From Thermoflexales bacterium (lineage in GTDB: Bacteria > Chloroflexota > Anaerolineae > B4-G1 > SLSP01), in contig SLDA01000240.1 in assembly GCA_007125545.1 (NCBI GenBank), positions 1 to 50,967 of the forward strand: DNA of 50,967 bases, in the 5' to 3' direction. The notes beneath the pieces were generated by a model that saw only the letters and a program-made list of their open reading frames with translations, had not been told where the DNA came from and searched no databases. This document shows, one piece after another, positions 9,255 through 19,168 of this stretch. Made by a program: the position numbers and the translations under genes. Position 1 is the first letter of the stretch. Every line of letters begins with the position of its first letter.

Positions 9255-10119
9255 GCCCCCCACCCTCCTTTTCAGGTTGTATGCGGTCGAGATTGTCCGC
9301 AAGCCAGGCATACATAAGCACACCCCCAGCAATAGAAACGTTGAGCGATTCAGCTTTACCCACGAGGGGTAGCCGCGCCCATTCCTGCACCTGCTCGCGG
9401 ACATCCTCCGAGAGGCCCTGTGCCTCATTTCCGAGTACCAGGGCGACACCTCCCTCCCATAGGCCTCGGCCCCATAGAACCCCCTCGTAGGGATCCGCCG
9501 CTACAGATCGCAGCCCGGCGCCATGGAGAGACGCGAAGACCGGTCCCACACTTTCGGAGACGACAATCGGCACATTAAAAAGCGAACCCATGCTGCTGCG
9601 CACAGCCTTTGGATCGAAGGCACCGGCGGCGGGCAGCAGCGATATAACAGCGCTCGCACCCGCGGCATCCGCAGCGCGAATCAGCGTGCCAATATTCCCC
9701 GGATCGCGCAGCCGGTCGAGCACCACAACCAGTTCCCCACCCGTGAACGAAAGCGATTCGAGACGCGTATAGTGGCGCTTGTAGACGGCAACAATGCCCT
9801 GCGAGGCGCTACGCGAGGCAAGGCTATCGAGCACCTCTTCCGAGACGGGGATCAAAGCCGTATCCACATCAGACCCGCCGGATACACCGGCTCGCAGGCG
9901 GTCCATCAGTTCTTCGGCCGCGCGATTGCGGAACAGCGACTCGCAGTAGAAGACCTCGACCGGCATCATGCCCGCTTCCCAAGCCATATAGATTATCTGG
10001 AGCCCCTCCACCAGGAAGCTGTCGGTGCGGTCGCGATACTTGCGCTGCCGCAACTTGCGCGCATCGACGATGCGTCGATTGCTCGTGCTGGTGATCACGG
10101 GTAGCTCATGCGTTGTCAA
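9241..10119 (-). CDS. TrmH/SpoU-family RNA 2'-O-methyltransferase
   Basis: FLVEG, LDRLRDPGNIGTLIR, VLGNEAQGLS, AESLNVS; probable TTG start at 10119 behind AGGAGG. Confidence 0.92.
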   Translation of the reverse strand: MTTHELPVITSTSNRRIVDARKLRQRKYRDRTDSFLVEGLQIIYMAWEAGMMPVEVFYCESLFRNRAAEELMDRLRAGVSGGSDVDTALIPVSEEVLDSLASRSASQGIVAVYKRHYTRLESLSFTGGELVVVLDRLRDPGNIGTLIRAADAAGASAVISLLPAAGAFDPKAVRSSMGSLFNVPIVVSESVGPVFASLHGAGLRSVAADPYEGVLWGRGLWEGGVALVLGNEAQGLSEDVREQVQEWARLPLVGKAESLNVSIAGGVLMYAWLADNLDRIQPEKEGGGHESL

Positions 10120-10297
10120 GATCTTCCTCCTCCTGTCGTACCCACCCTGCCCCAAGGATACACCCGGTTGCCTCAGCCGAAAACCGCCTCGTGGCAAATG
10201 AAGGGGGTCAGTCTCAATTGGAAGCATTTCAAGGCGAGCCCATAGCTGCGCGCGACTGACAAGCAGCTTCTGCCTTGTCGTCCTGCCAACGGTTGCT

Positions 10298-10325
10298 TTG
10301 ACGTCACATCATCTTCAGCTATACT
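10298..10325 (+). promoter_or_regulatory. Promoter for pfk (TTGACG-16-TATACT)
   Basis: ttgacg tcacatcatcttcagc tatact. Confidence 0.7.
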
Positions 10326-10416
10326 GGATCGTGGTTTGGCCTATTCACAGCGGAAGGGCCCACCTAAACAAGTACAATGCAGGTATTCACCTCAATATGC
10401 AAATGGGAGAGTCAGC

Positions 10417-11706
10417 ATGGGCATAGTTTATGAATCCAGACACGGAAAGCTGGGCATTCTCGTTGGTGGAGGACCGGCACCGGGCATTAACGGCGTCATC
10501 CACGCCGCCACAATTGAAGCGCTGAACAACGGCATGGAGGTCATTGGCATTCGCCAGGGCTTCCAGCATTTAATGGAGGGCAAGGTCGTCGGCCAAAAGC
10601 TGACCTTTGATGACGTTACGCGCATCTACAGCCGCGGCGGCTCTATCCTCTATACCTCCCGCGCCAACCCGACGAAGGACGATGCCCTTTTGCGCAAGTG
10701 CGGTGAGGCGCTCATCGAAGCCGGCATCAGCTCGCTGCTTGCCATCGGTGGTGATGACACGGCTTATTCGGCCTACCGCGTTGCCCGCTATGCTGACGAA
10801 AACCTGGGTGTCCGCATCCGCACAGCACACGCCCCCAAGACCATCGATAACGACCTCCCACTTCCCTATGAGATCCCCACCTTCGGTTTCGAGACCGCGC
10901 GCGATTTGGGCGCTCGCATCGTCCTCAACTTGATGGAGGATGCATTAACGACGCAGCGTTGGTACCTGGTTATCGCGATGGGCCGCAAGGCCGGACATTT
11001 GGCACTCGGGATTGGGCGCAGCTCCGGCGCCACCGTGACGCTGATCCCCGAAGAGTGGCGGGGTCGCAAGATCCGATTGCAGGAGGTCGTGGACGTGCTG
11101 GCAACCTCGATCCTGCGCCGTCGCGCAGAGGGGCGACACTATGGGCTCGCCGTGGTCGCCGAAGGTGTTATCGAGCGTATGGAAATTGAGGACCTAGATC
11201 AGCTCAAGGAAGCCGAGCGCGATGAGCACGGGCATGTTCGCCTCGCCGAGATCAACTTCGGAGACGTGTTACGAAATGCGGTTCGTGGCGAGATGAGGAA
11301 ATTGGGGCTGGATATGCGGATGGTAAGCCAGAACGTGGGCTACGAGCTGCGCTGCGCCGACCCCAGCCCGCTCGATATCGACTACACCCGCGCCATTGGG
11401 CAGGCTGCAACAGAGTTCCTGATGGGAGGCGGCAGCCACGCCACGATCACCATTCAACAGGGCAAGGTTGTGCCCATTCCATTTGCTGACATGATGGATC
11501 CGGAGACCGGACGCACGGAGGTGCGGATGGTGGATGTGGACTCAGCACAGTACCATTCTGCGACCAAGCTGATGGTCAGGCTTAAGGAAGAGAACGCTGA
11601 CGATGATATCCTGATCTCACGGATGGCAGGGCTGACTAACCTGACGCCGGAGCAGTTTAGGGCGCGCTTCGGCTACCTGATGGGAGCCGGAGAGCGGCCG
11701 TTCTAG
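10417..11706 (+). CDS. pfp: Pyrophosphate-dependent 6-phosphofructokinase
   Basis: GGGPAPGIN, GGDD (Asp marks PPi type), PKTIDND, MGR, GYELR. Confidence 0.88.
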   Translation: MGIVYESRHGKLGILVGGGPAPGINGVIHAATIEALNNGMEVIGIRQGFQHLMEGKVVGQKLTFDDVTRIYSRGGSILYTSRANPTKDDALLRKCGEALIEAGISSLLAIGGDDTAYSAYRVARYADENLGVRIRTAHAPKTIDNDLPLPYEIPTFGFETARDLGARIVLNLMEDALTTQRWYLVIAMGRKAGHLALGIGRSSGATVTLIPEEWRGRKIRLQEVVDVLATSILRRRAEGRHYGLAVVAEGVIERMEIEDLDQLKEAERDEHGHVRLAEINFGDVLRNAVRGEMRKLGLDMRMVSQNVGYELRCADPSPLDIDYTRAIGQAATEFLMGGGSHATITIQQGKVVPIPFADMMDPETGRTEVRMVDVDSAQYHSATKLMVRLKEENADDDILISRMAGLTNLTPEQFRARFGYLMGAGERPF

Positions 11707-11740
11707 CCCCAGCCATAAACGGCAGATAAGAGCTCCAGTA

Positions 11741-11774
11741 AGACCCTTAGGATTTGGCGAAATCCTAAGGGTCT
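11741..11774. terminator. 15-bp perfect hairpin between convergent genes (terminator or REP-like)
   Basis: agacccttaggattt-ggcg-aaatcctaagggtct followed by gttgtttt. Confidence 0.7.
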
Positions 11775-13279
11775 GTTGTTTTGCCGAGAAAGACGGGGGC
11801 AAGCATCTGCTCGACGGGTGCGTAGCGATCGGAGAGTGTAACCGGGCGGGACTCTTCCAGCAGCTCCGCGACGACTTCAGAGGAAAGAACGCTGGAAGCG
11901 AAACGAGAATCGGGCGCGAACGCATTGATATCTACAGGAATGTTGCCGGCGACGATGACGTAAGTATCACGCGAGACGCTCCGCCACTGACTCGTATTGG
12001 GCACCACGTAAACATAGTCGAAGGTCTGAGCCAGGGTCCGAACGTAGGCGGTCAGGAAACGGAGCAATGCGCCGTCAATGATGTTGACCACATAGATGCC
12101 GTCATCGTCCAACCAGGCGCGCACACGCTCGTTAAACTCTCGCGTCGTCAGGTGGTAGGGAACGGAGAAATCATTGAAGGCATCCCCGAAAATAATAGCG
12201 TAAGACTCGGTCACCGGCCGTTCCAGAAACATCCGCGCATCCTCATTGTAGCTCGTAATACGGGTCTCCCGCGATAGTCCCAGCAGCTCGTAGGCCACCT
12301 CGGTTACGCCAGGATCAATTTCCACCACGTCGATCTCGCTCCCGGGGTACACCGCTTCCATATAACGAGGGAAAGTGTACCCGCCGCCGCCGATGAAGAA
12401 GGCGCGCATATCAGGACGCCCCTCCGCCTGATATGCGGTCAGCTCGGCGTAGGTCTGCTCGTAGCCATATACAAGATGCGTTGGGTCCTCCAGCGAGCTA
12501 TAGCTGTGGACGAGACGATCGAGGACAAGCTTGCGGACGGGCCGGCCATCGCGTTCATCGTCCTGGACCTTGATGCAGAAATAGTTGGTTTCATAGAGGC
12601 AGGGACTGGCAGTCAGGCCACTGGAGGTCACCGCGAGGGCAAGAAGGATGATGGCGCCCAAACTCACCGCACTTGCCACGCTACGCTCAGAGAAGAGGAA
12701 GAGCGCGCCCATCAAGAGCAGAATTAGCGCCACCCCCAGTACCACGGTGTGTGTGCCCAACCAAGAGATCAACCAGAAGCCCGTCACGAAGGTACCCAGA
12801 ATACTGCCTGCCGTGCCCGCTGCTGAGATGCGCCCGACGGTGCGCCCCGCCTCACCCAGGTTACGCAGCGCCAGCTTGACGACCAGGGGCGAGATGGCGC
12901 CGAGGATGGTCGCGGGCAGAAAGAAAAGGGCCGTAATCAGCAAGAGAATCTCTGCCATCATCGACCACTGCACGAGATTGAGCACGTTGAGCGTGTTGAT
13001 GCTCAGGACTGCCATCGAGGCGATGCCTGCGAGCAAATAGAGGCACCCAAGCAGCCGTAATGAGGCGTAGCGATCCGCCAGGCGCCCTCCCAGATAGTTG
13101 CCCAGGCTCATACCTGCCAACACGACGCCGATCACACTCGTCCACGTGTAGAGCGAGACGCCGACGGTCGGAGCGATGATCCGCCCGGCAACCAGTTCGA
13201 GGGTCATAATGCACGCATTCGAAACAAATACAACGAGACCAGGTCGCCAGTACCAGGGGAATTGCGGTCTTTCGCTCAT
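11765..13279 (-). CDS. Fused MFS-like membrane domain / spermidine synthase-like protein
   Basis: ELVAGRIIAP..G.SLYTWTSVIG TM region; FIGGGGYTFP, VVEIDP, EDARMF, GDAF..PYHLTT, LSDRYAP. Confidence 0.88.
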   Translation of the reverse strand: MSERPQFPWYWRPGLVVFVSNACIMTLELVAGRIIAPTVGVSLYTWTSVIGVVLAGMSLGNYLGGRLADRYASLRLLGCLYLLAGIASMAVLSINTLNVLNLVQWSMMAEILLLITALFFLPATILGAISPLVVKLALRNLGEAGRTVGRISAAGTAGSILGTFVTGFWLISWLGTHTVVLGVALILLLMGALFLFSERSVASAVSLGAIILLALAVTSSGLTASPCLYETNYFCIKVQDDERDGRPVRKLVLDRLVHSYSSLEDPTHLVYGYEQTYAELTAYQAEGRPDMRAFFIGGGGYTFPRYMEAVYPGSEIDVVEIDPGVTEVAYELLGLSRETRITSYNEDARMFLERPVTESYAIIFGDAFNDFSVPYHLTTREFNERVRAWLDDDGIYVVNIIDGALLRFLTAYVRTLAQTFDYVYVVPNTSQWRSVSRDTYVIVAGNIPVDINAFAPDSRFASSVLSSEVVAELLEESRPVTLSDRYAPVEQMLAPVFLGKTTDP

Positions 13280-13356
13280 CATCATCTCCAATGCAGTCGC
13301 ACATCCCGGCGGGTCGGGCTTCAGGCCCCGTTGCAGATATGCACACACCTGGGGCG

Positions 13357-14883
13357 TCAGATATATGATTTTGCCAATTGATGATCGATATGCACCAAGG
13401 CTCCATACAGATCGGCGAAGAGAGCGGCTTGGCTCGCGTAGATTCTAGCACGAACCGGATCCGGCTCAACCACGTATTCGTGGTGCTGGACCACGCGGGC
13501 GATGGCGTCGGCGGCGTCCGTGTAGATTTCGGTTCCGATGCCTGCCAACATCGCAGCGCCCGTAGCAGCAGCCTCCAGCGTACGGGTACGGTGAATCGGG
13601 AGACTGTAAATATCTGCTTGAAGTTGCAACCAGAGAGGATGCTGGGTCGCACCACCCGACGCGACAACCGTCTCTACCGGGATGCCCAAACTACGCACCA
13701 GGTCTAAGCCTTGACGCATCCCGAACACTACGCCCTCCATCACGGCGCGAATTAGGTGCGCGCGCGTGTGACGAATGGTCAATCCGACGAAACTGCCGCG
13801 CGCTGCAGGATCCATATGCGGCGTACGTTCGCCGGCAAGATAGGGCTGGAAGAGAAGACCCTCGCTTCCCGCCGGTACTGCAGCGGCGGCATCCGCCAAC
13901 TCGGCGTAGGGGGTGCCATCCAGCACCTGATCGCGAAGCCAACGCAGTGAAAGGCCTGCCGCAAGCATCGCCGTCTCGACGTGCCAGCGGTCCGGCAGGA
14001 CGTGGCAGAAGCTGTGCATGCGCAAGCCCGACGCATCCGGTCCAGGCCAATCGACAACCGCACGTTCCGTAGGAGCGAAGAGCTGCCCGCCCGTCCCGAG
14101 GGTCGAAGAGAGAACGCCGGGGGCCACCACACCATTGCCCAGCGCCTGCAAAGCCTGATCACTCCCACCGAAGATGATCGGAGTGCCGGCGGCAAGCCCC
14201 ATCTCGGCTGCTATATCGGGCAGTAAGCCCCCGGCAATATCTGCCGAAGGATATACCGGCGGTAACAGGTCGGGGTCCAAACCAAGTGCCCGTATCAGAG
14301 GTTGACTCCAAGCGCGAGCCGCCGGATCGAAGAGCCCCGTCGAGGCGGCGTCACTCGGCTCAGTCCCGATCTCACCTGTTAGCCGATAGCGCACATAGTC
14401 CTTGGGCAGCAGCAGCCAGCGGGTGGCTGCCGCGAGTTCGGGCATGTGAGACCGCAACCACAGCCATGTCGGCAGCATAAAACCGGTCGCCAATGGATTA
14501 CCGGTCCACGCCGCGAGCTGCTCACGACCCAGGGTTTGGGTGACGGTGGCAACCTCGGCGCTACTGCGCTGATCGGCCCAGATAATGGCAGGACGAAGGG
14601 GTTCGCCTGCCGCATTCAAGCAGACAGTACCATGCATCTGGCCCGAAAGCGCGATGCCCTGCACGGCGGCGGGATCGATGCCGGCACGTTCTCCAGCCTC
14701 GCGCACGGTAGCCACTACGGCAGTAAGCCATTGGGCGGAGTTCTGCTCCGCCCAACCGGGCCGCGGTGTGTCAACCGGATACTCGCGCGCCGCGACAGCG
14801 CGCAACTCACCGCTTGCCGTGAGCACAACAGCCTTTGTACTGGACGTACCGACATCGGCACCAATCAGAATCGGGTCATTCAT
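13357..14883 (-). CDS. xylB: Xylulokinase (FGGY family)
   Basis: IGADVGTSSTK, SGQMHG, IIWADQR, LPKDY, GGSDQ, PYLAGERTPH, AVMEGV. Confidence 0.85.
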   Translation of the reverse strand: MNDPILIGADVGTSSTKAVVLTASGELRAVAAREYPVDTPRPGWAEQNSAQWLTAVVATVREAGERAGIDPAAVQGIALSGQMHGTVCLNAAGEPLRPAIIWADQRSSAEVATVTQTLGREQLAAWTGNPLATGFMLPTWLWLRSHMPELAAATRWLLLPKDYVRYRLTGEIGTEPSDAASTGLFDPAARAWSQPLIRALGLDPDLLPPVYPSADIAGGLLPDIAAEMGLAAGTPIIFGGSDQALQALGNGVVAPGVLSSTLGTGGQLFAPTERAVVDWPGPDASGLRMHSFCHVLPDRWHVETAMLAAGLSLRWLRDQVLDGTPYAELADAAAAVPAGSEGLLFQPYLAGERTPHMDPAARGSFVGLTIRHTRAHLIRAVMEGVVFGMRQGLDLVRSLGIPVETVVASGGATQHPLWLQLQADIYSLPIHRTRTLEAAATGAAMLAGIGTEIYTDAADAIARVVQHHEYVVEPDPVRARIYASQAALFADLYGALVHIDHQLAKSYI

Positions 14884-14949
14884 TGTACAACCTCCCCCTC
14901 AATCTGAGTGAGATTATACAATGACAGCAAAGGGAAACTACAAGCTTCG

Positions 14950-16140
14950 CTAGGAACTGGCCCAGTACGCCGCTGGTTGCAGTACCACCTTCACGCAGCC
15001 ATCTTCCTTGTGCTTGAACATCTCATACGCCTGTGCGGCATCCTCCAAACTCATACGATGCGTGATGATAAACGCGGGATTGAGCCGGCCTTGCTGAATG
15101 TGCTCCAGAAGCGGGCGGAGATACTTGTGCACATGCGTTTGTCCCATCTTGAAAGTAAGGGCCTTGTTGAACGCCGCACCCATAGGGACCTTGTCGATCA
15201 CGCCCCCATACACACCCGCAAGCGAGAGGACGCCGCCCTTACGACAAGCCTGGATGGCCTCACGCAGCGCATGAGGTCTTCCCGTCTCAAGGCGCACAGC
15301 TTGTTTCACCTTATCATAGAGGCCCTCAAGACCACCGTGGCTGGCCTCCATACCTGCGGCATCGATGCAGGCATCAGGTCCCCGTCCGCCGGTAAGTTCC
15401 TTGAGCGAGGCTACCACGCTAGTTGCTTCATAGTCCAGCGTCTCAGCGCCTGCGTGTTCGCGGGCCATAGCCAGTCGTTCGGGTACAGTATCGATGCCTA
15501 TCACACGTTCAGCACCCAGGAGATAGGCACTGAGGATAGCGAACTGCCCGACTGGGCCACACCCCCAAACCGCGACCGTATCACCCGCCTTGATAGCGCA
15601 GTTTTCGGCAGCCATATATCCGGTGGGGAGCGTGTCGGTTAGAAAGATGGCCTGCTCGTCGACGACGTCCTCGGGTACCTTCATAGGGCCCACATCAGCG
15701 AAGGGAACGCGCACATATTCAGCCTGCCCGCCGGCGTAGCCGCCCATTAGGTGAGAGTAGCCATAGATCCCGGCGGGACTGTAACCATAAACAGCTTCAG
15801 CCATCCAAGCTTTTGGATTGGAGTTGTCACAGAGCGACCACATCTCGTGCCGGCAGAAGTAGCATTGGCCACACGCGATTGGAAACGGGACAACCACGCG
15901 ATCTCCAATCTCGAGATTCTGCACCTCACCGCCTACTTCGACAACCCGGCCCATAAACTCGTGGCCCAGAATGTCGCCAGGAAGCATGCTTGGAACGTAT
16001 CCATCATAGAGGTGCAGGTCGGAGCCACAGATGGACGTGAGGGTCACCTGGATGATAGCATCACGGGGATTTAGAATGCGCGGCTGCGGGACCGTTTCGA
16101 CCCGCACATCGTGAACACCGTGCCAGCATACTGCTCTCAT
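14950..16140 (-). CDS. Zn-dependent alcohol/formaldehyde dehydrogenase (FDH-like)
   Basis: ICGSDLH, GHEFMG, CGQCYFC...C, GCGPVG, GQTHV. Confidence 0.92.
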   Translation of the reverse strand: MRAVCWHGVHDVRVETVPQPRILNPRDAIIQVTLTSICGSDLHLYDGYVPSMLPGDILGHEFMGRVVEVGGEVQNLEIGDRVVVPFPIACGQCYFCRHEMWSLCDNSNPKAWMAEAVYGYSPAGIYGYSHLMGGYAGGQAEYVRVPFADVGPMKVPEDVVDEQAIFLTDTLPTGYMAAENCAIKAGDTVAVWGCGPVGQFAILSAYLLGAERVIGIDTVPERLAMAREHAGAETLDYEATSVVASLKELTGGRGPDACIDAAGMEASHGGLEGLYDKVKQAVRLETGRPHALREAIQACRKGGVLSLAGVYGGVIDKVPMGAAFNKALTFKMGQTHVHKYLRPLLEHIQQGRLNPAFIITHRMSLEDAAQAYEMFKHKEDGCVKVVLQPAAYWASS

Positions 16141-16181
16141 AGTTCACCGCTCCTTTTTTGGGTCAGATAGGAAATTCTGAG

Positions 16182-16922
16182 CTACCAGCACTCGACCTCG
16201 ACATCACTCCGGCCCGAACTCTGTCCCTCCACTGTAGCAATCTCGCCCGTTTCGAGCAGTTGTTTGGCGTGGCGCAGATACTGCTTGACGCGTTTAGCCG
16301 CGATAGAGTCAAACAATCCGGCGACCGCAGCACCGACAGCACCCCCAGGTGGATATACCTCAAACCGCAGTCTGGTCTCGACACCGCGTTCGCCGGGTGC
16401 AGGTGTGAAGGTAACAGACGCGTGGCTATCGATATCTGCATCGGGCGCCACTCGCCACACAATTCGCTCACCGGGCCGGTCCTCCACAATATCCTCATGC
16501 CATACGACCTCAGCGCCAGGAATGGGTTCGGCGATCCAACGGAACCAGCCCTCACCTTGCACCTCTACGGATTCCACAGAGTCCATAAGACGGACCAAGT
16601 TCTCGGGATTCCGGAAGAACGTGTACACTTCGTCGGCGGACTTGTTGATCGTGATCGTCTCCTCAACAACCATGGGCTGTTCAGCCGGAGACATCACCAG
16701 ACTTAATCCTTCACGCACGGGGGCATGCCCGGTTGCACTGCGATAGATCGCGTAGCCGCCGACAGCCGCTGTCGCAAGCCCCAACAAGGATCGGCGAGAG
16801 AGGCCGTACCACGCGAGTGCACCTCCGCCCACAATCGTCAACAAGCGCTCCCCAACGGTTACATCTAGATCCGACCGATCCTGACTTTCGGTGTAGCCAT
16901 TTATGTTCGCTACGTCTGACAT
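16182..16922 (-). CDS. SRPBCC (cyclase/dehydrase) protein with N-terminal membrane segment
   Basis: ERLL..GG TM hairpin then ITIN..EVY.FFRN.ENL, YPPGG, KQLLETGE. Confidence 0.85.
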   Translation of the reverse strand: MSDVANINGYTESQDRSDLDVTVGERLLTIVGGGALAWYGLSRRSLLGLATAAVGGYAIYRSATGHAPVREGLSLVMSPAEQPMVVEETITINKSADEVYTFFRNPENLVRLMDSVESVEVQGEGWFRWIAEPIPGAEVVWHEDIVEDRPGERIVWRVAPDADIDSHASVTFTPAPGERGVETRLRFEVYPPGGAVGAAVAGLFDSIAAKRVKQYLRHAKQLLETGEIATVEGQSSGRSDVEVECW

Positions 16923-17063
16923 CTCTTACCTCCCTTATTTGTGGGTGTCCACCATCATCGAGCCATGGCTCCTTCTAGCGAGTCTAGTAAGGCCCATGTT
17001 GGCAGCGGGTGGAATGAGATGGAGAGCGTTACCATCGCATTGGTAGAATTAGACACACTGACG

Positions 17064-17091
17064 TTGACATTTTCCCGATCCTTGTTACATT
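17064..17091 (+). promoter_or_regulatory. Promoter of the gltX leader (TTGACA-16-TACATT, extended TG)
   Basis: ttgaca ttttcccgatccttgt tacatt. Confidence 0.75.
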
Positions 17092-17125
17092 TTGACTATC
17101 AAGGCAAACGGAAGAACAGGTATTG

Positions 17126-17191
17126 ATGAGATCAACAGTAGTGTTCGAGCAAGAGCAGCAGCCCATCCCTCGCAACCCGCGGGACGGTTGA
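17126..17191 (+). CDS. Putative gltX attenuator leader peptide MRSTVVFEQEQQPIPRNPRDG
   Basis: 21-codon ORF between promoter and terminator; GAG CAA GAG CAG CAG run at 17147-17161; weak SD (AGGT) upstream. Confidence 0.75.
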   Translation: MRSTVVFEQEQQPIPRNPRDG

Positions 17192-17225
17192 TGCTACCTG
17201 TTTAGCTCACAATCCGAGTCCAAGC

Positions 17226-17260
17226 AGCCGGCTCCCGCAAGGGGCCGGTTTTTTTGTTTT
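17226..17260 (+). terminator. Intrinsic terminator (attenuator) in the gltX 5' leader
   Basis: agccggctcc-cgcaa-ggggccggtt followed by tttttgtttt, ending 28 nt before the gltX ATG. Confidence 0.85.
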
Positions 17261-17288
17261 CAGTCTGTACCGATGATAAGGGGATGCG

Positions 17289-18845
17289 ATGACTAGTGCA
17301 CATAGACCCGTCCGAGTTCGGATCGCGCCAAGCCCAACCGGCAATTGCCATGTCGGCACGGCGCGTGGAGCGCTGTACAACCTGTTGTTTGCACGGCAGC
17401 ACAACGGCATCTTTGTGCTGCGGATCGACGATACCGATCAGAAACGCTCGACTGAGGACTCCGAGACCGGCATCTATGCAGGACTACGCTGGTTGGGCTT
17501 GACGTGGGACGAAGGGCCGGACGTGGGCGGCCCCTACGGGCCGTACCGGCAATCCGAGCGGTTGGACCTCTACGGCGATGCGGCACGGCACCTCCTTGAG
17601 GTGGGGCGCGCTTATCGCTGCTTTTGTACGCCCGAAGAACTGGAGGCCGAGCGCCGGTCAGCACTGGCCCGCGGGCACCCCCCACGCTATAGCGGGCGCT
17701 GCCGTCACTTGACAGCGCGCAAAGTGCGAGCCAAGCTCGCGACTGGGGCTGAGCATGTCGTACGGCTGCGAATCGAGCCGAAGCTGATGGTCGTTGATGA
17801 CCTAGTCCAGGGCAAGGTTACGCAGGATGCCGCGCTTCTGGGCGATCCCGTCATCGTCAAGTCCTCTGGCATGCCGGTCTACCACTTCGCCACCGTCGTG
17901 GATGAGCATGCCATGGACATCTCGCACGTTATCCGCGGCGCCGAGCACTTGAACAACACCTTTCCACAGATTCAAATGTACGAGGCACTGGGTTACTTAC
18001 CGCCGGCTTTCGCGCACATCGGCCTTCTGCTCAATCCCGATCGCTCCAAGATCGGCAAGCGCAACGGCGCCGTCTACATCGGCGAGTTTGCAGCGCTGGG
18101 CTACCTGCCGGAAACACTGATCAACCATCTGGCATTAAGCGGATGGAGTCCCGGAACCGATGCCGAAATCTTCAGCTTTGATGAGCTCCTACACTATTTC
18201 TCGCTCGAACGTTGCAGCGCCTCCAACGCCATCTTCGACCGCGATAAGCTGCTCTGGCTCAACGGCGTCCGCATCCGCGAACTGCCGGTCAGCGAACTGA
18301 CCCGGCAGGTACGCCCCTTCCTGGTCAATGCCGGACTGCTCGCCGAGCCCGAGAGGGGCGTACGTCTGGAAAGCATCATCGCGCTGGAGCAGCAGCGAAT
18401 GAAAACGCTGAACGAGGCGCCCGAGCTACTTGGCTTCTTTTTCCACGATCCGGATCCGGTTACTGCCGCCGCACTCTTGGGCCGAGACCGCTTCACGCGC
18501 AAGCGGTCGGGCCACGCGTTGCGGGAGGGGCTAGAGTCTACGCTCCAGGCACTGGAGGCGTTGGATGCTCGAAGCTGGACGGTGATCAAGCTGTCGGAGG
18601 TGCTTGACGATCTCGTAGTCGCTCTGGGTTGGAAGCGAGGTGAGTTTTTCATGACACTGCGCATCGCCGCAAGCGGAAAACAGGCAACACCCTCACTTTA
18701 CGAGACGCTGGAGGCGCTCGGACGCCCTGCGACGCTTCGGCGCTTGAGAGCCGTTGTGGGCGCTCTGCCGGCGAGAAACGATAGGACACTGCCCAGTAAC
18801 GCTCAAGAGACGGCTTCCTTGCTACCCTCAAACCCTATGCTATAG
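17289..18845 (+). CDS. gltX: Glutamate--tRNA ligase
   Basis: RIAPSPTG, HVGT (HIGH), LRIDDTD, PYRQSER, CFC..Y...C, HVIRGAEH, KIGKR (KMSKS-like), C-terminal anticodon-binding domain. Confidence 0.93.
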   Translation: MTSAHRPVRVRIAPSPTGNCHVGTARGALYNLLFARQHNGIFVLRIDDTDQKRSTEDSETGIYAGLRWLGLTWDEGPDVGGPYGPYRQSERLDLYGDAARHLLEVGRAYRCFCTPEELEAERRSALARGHPPRYSGRCRHLTARKVRAKLATGAEHVVRLRIEPKLMVVDDLVQGKVTQDAALLGDPVIVKSSGMPVYHFATVVDEHAMDISHVIRGAEHLNNTFPQIQMYEALGYLPPAFAHIGLLLNPDRSKIGKRNGAVYIGEFAALGYLPETLINHLALSGWSPGTDAEIFSFDELLHYFSLERCSASNAIFDRDKLLWLNGVRIRELPVSELTRQVRPFLVNAGLLAEPERGVRLESIIALEQQRMKTLNEAPELLGFFFHDPDPVTAAALLGRDRFTRKRSGHALREGLESTLQALEALDARSWTVIKLSEVLDDLVVALGWKRGEFFMTLRIAASGKQATPSLYETLEALGRPATLRRLRAVVGALPARNDRTLPSNAQETASLLPSNPML

Positions 18846-18871
18846 TGCCAGGCAGCGTTGTTGCCTGGCAC
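18845..18871. other. 10-bp hairpin immediately after the gltX stop
   Basis: gtgccaggca gcgttgt tgcctggcac. Confidence 0.45.
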
Positions 18872-19168
18872 CAAATGCTGGATAGAGCCACTTGGGTCGT
18901 CGCCGGCAACCACGAAGACTATTACCTTAGGTATGATCGAGGGAGGGCGCTCAAGCTGTGAAGCGGCGGCCGGCAGGGGGCCGGCATTCGATGGTGCTAC
19001 AGTTGTCTCTCCAGATCAACACTGTACTCAACGAAGCTGCGACCGAGTGTGCGTAAGGTGCCAGGCCATCGAGTGTAGACCTTTCCGGAGTCTTTATTTA
19101 TGCCTGGATTTAATAGCCCGGCGTAAGGAGGCGCAAGACAACATGCCTCAGCGTGGTATAATGACTTT

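Noticed and set aside
17095-17260. T-box riboswitch upstream of gltX
   Set aside because: No GGTGGNACC T-box sequence or stem I motifs; the uORF model fits better
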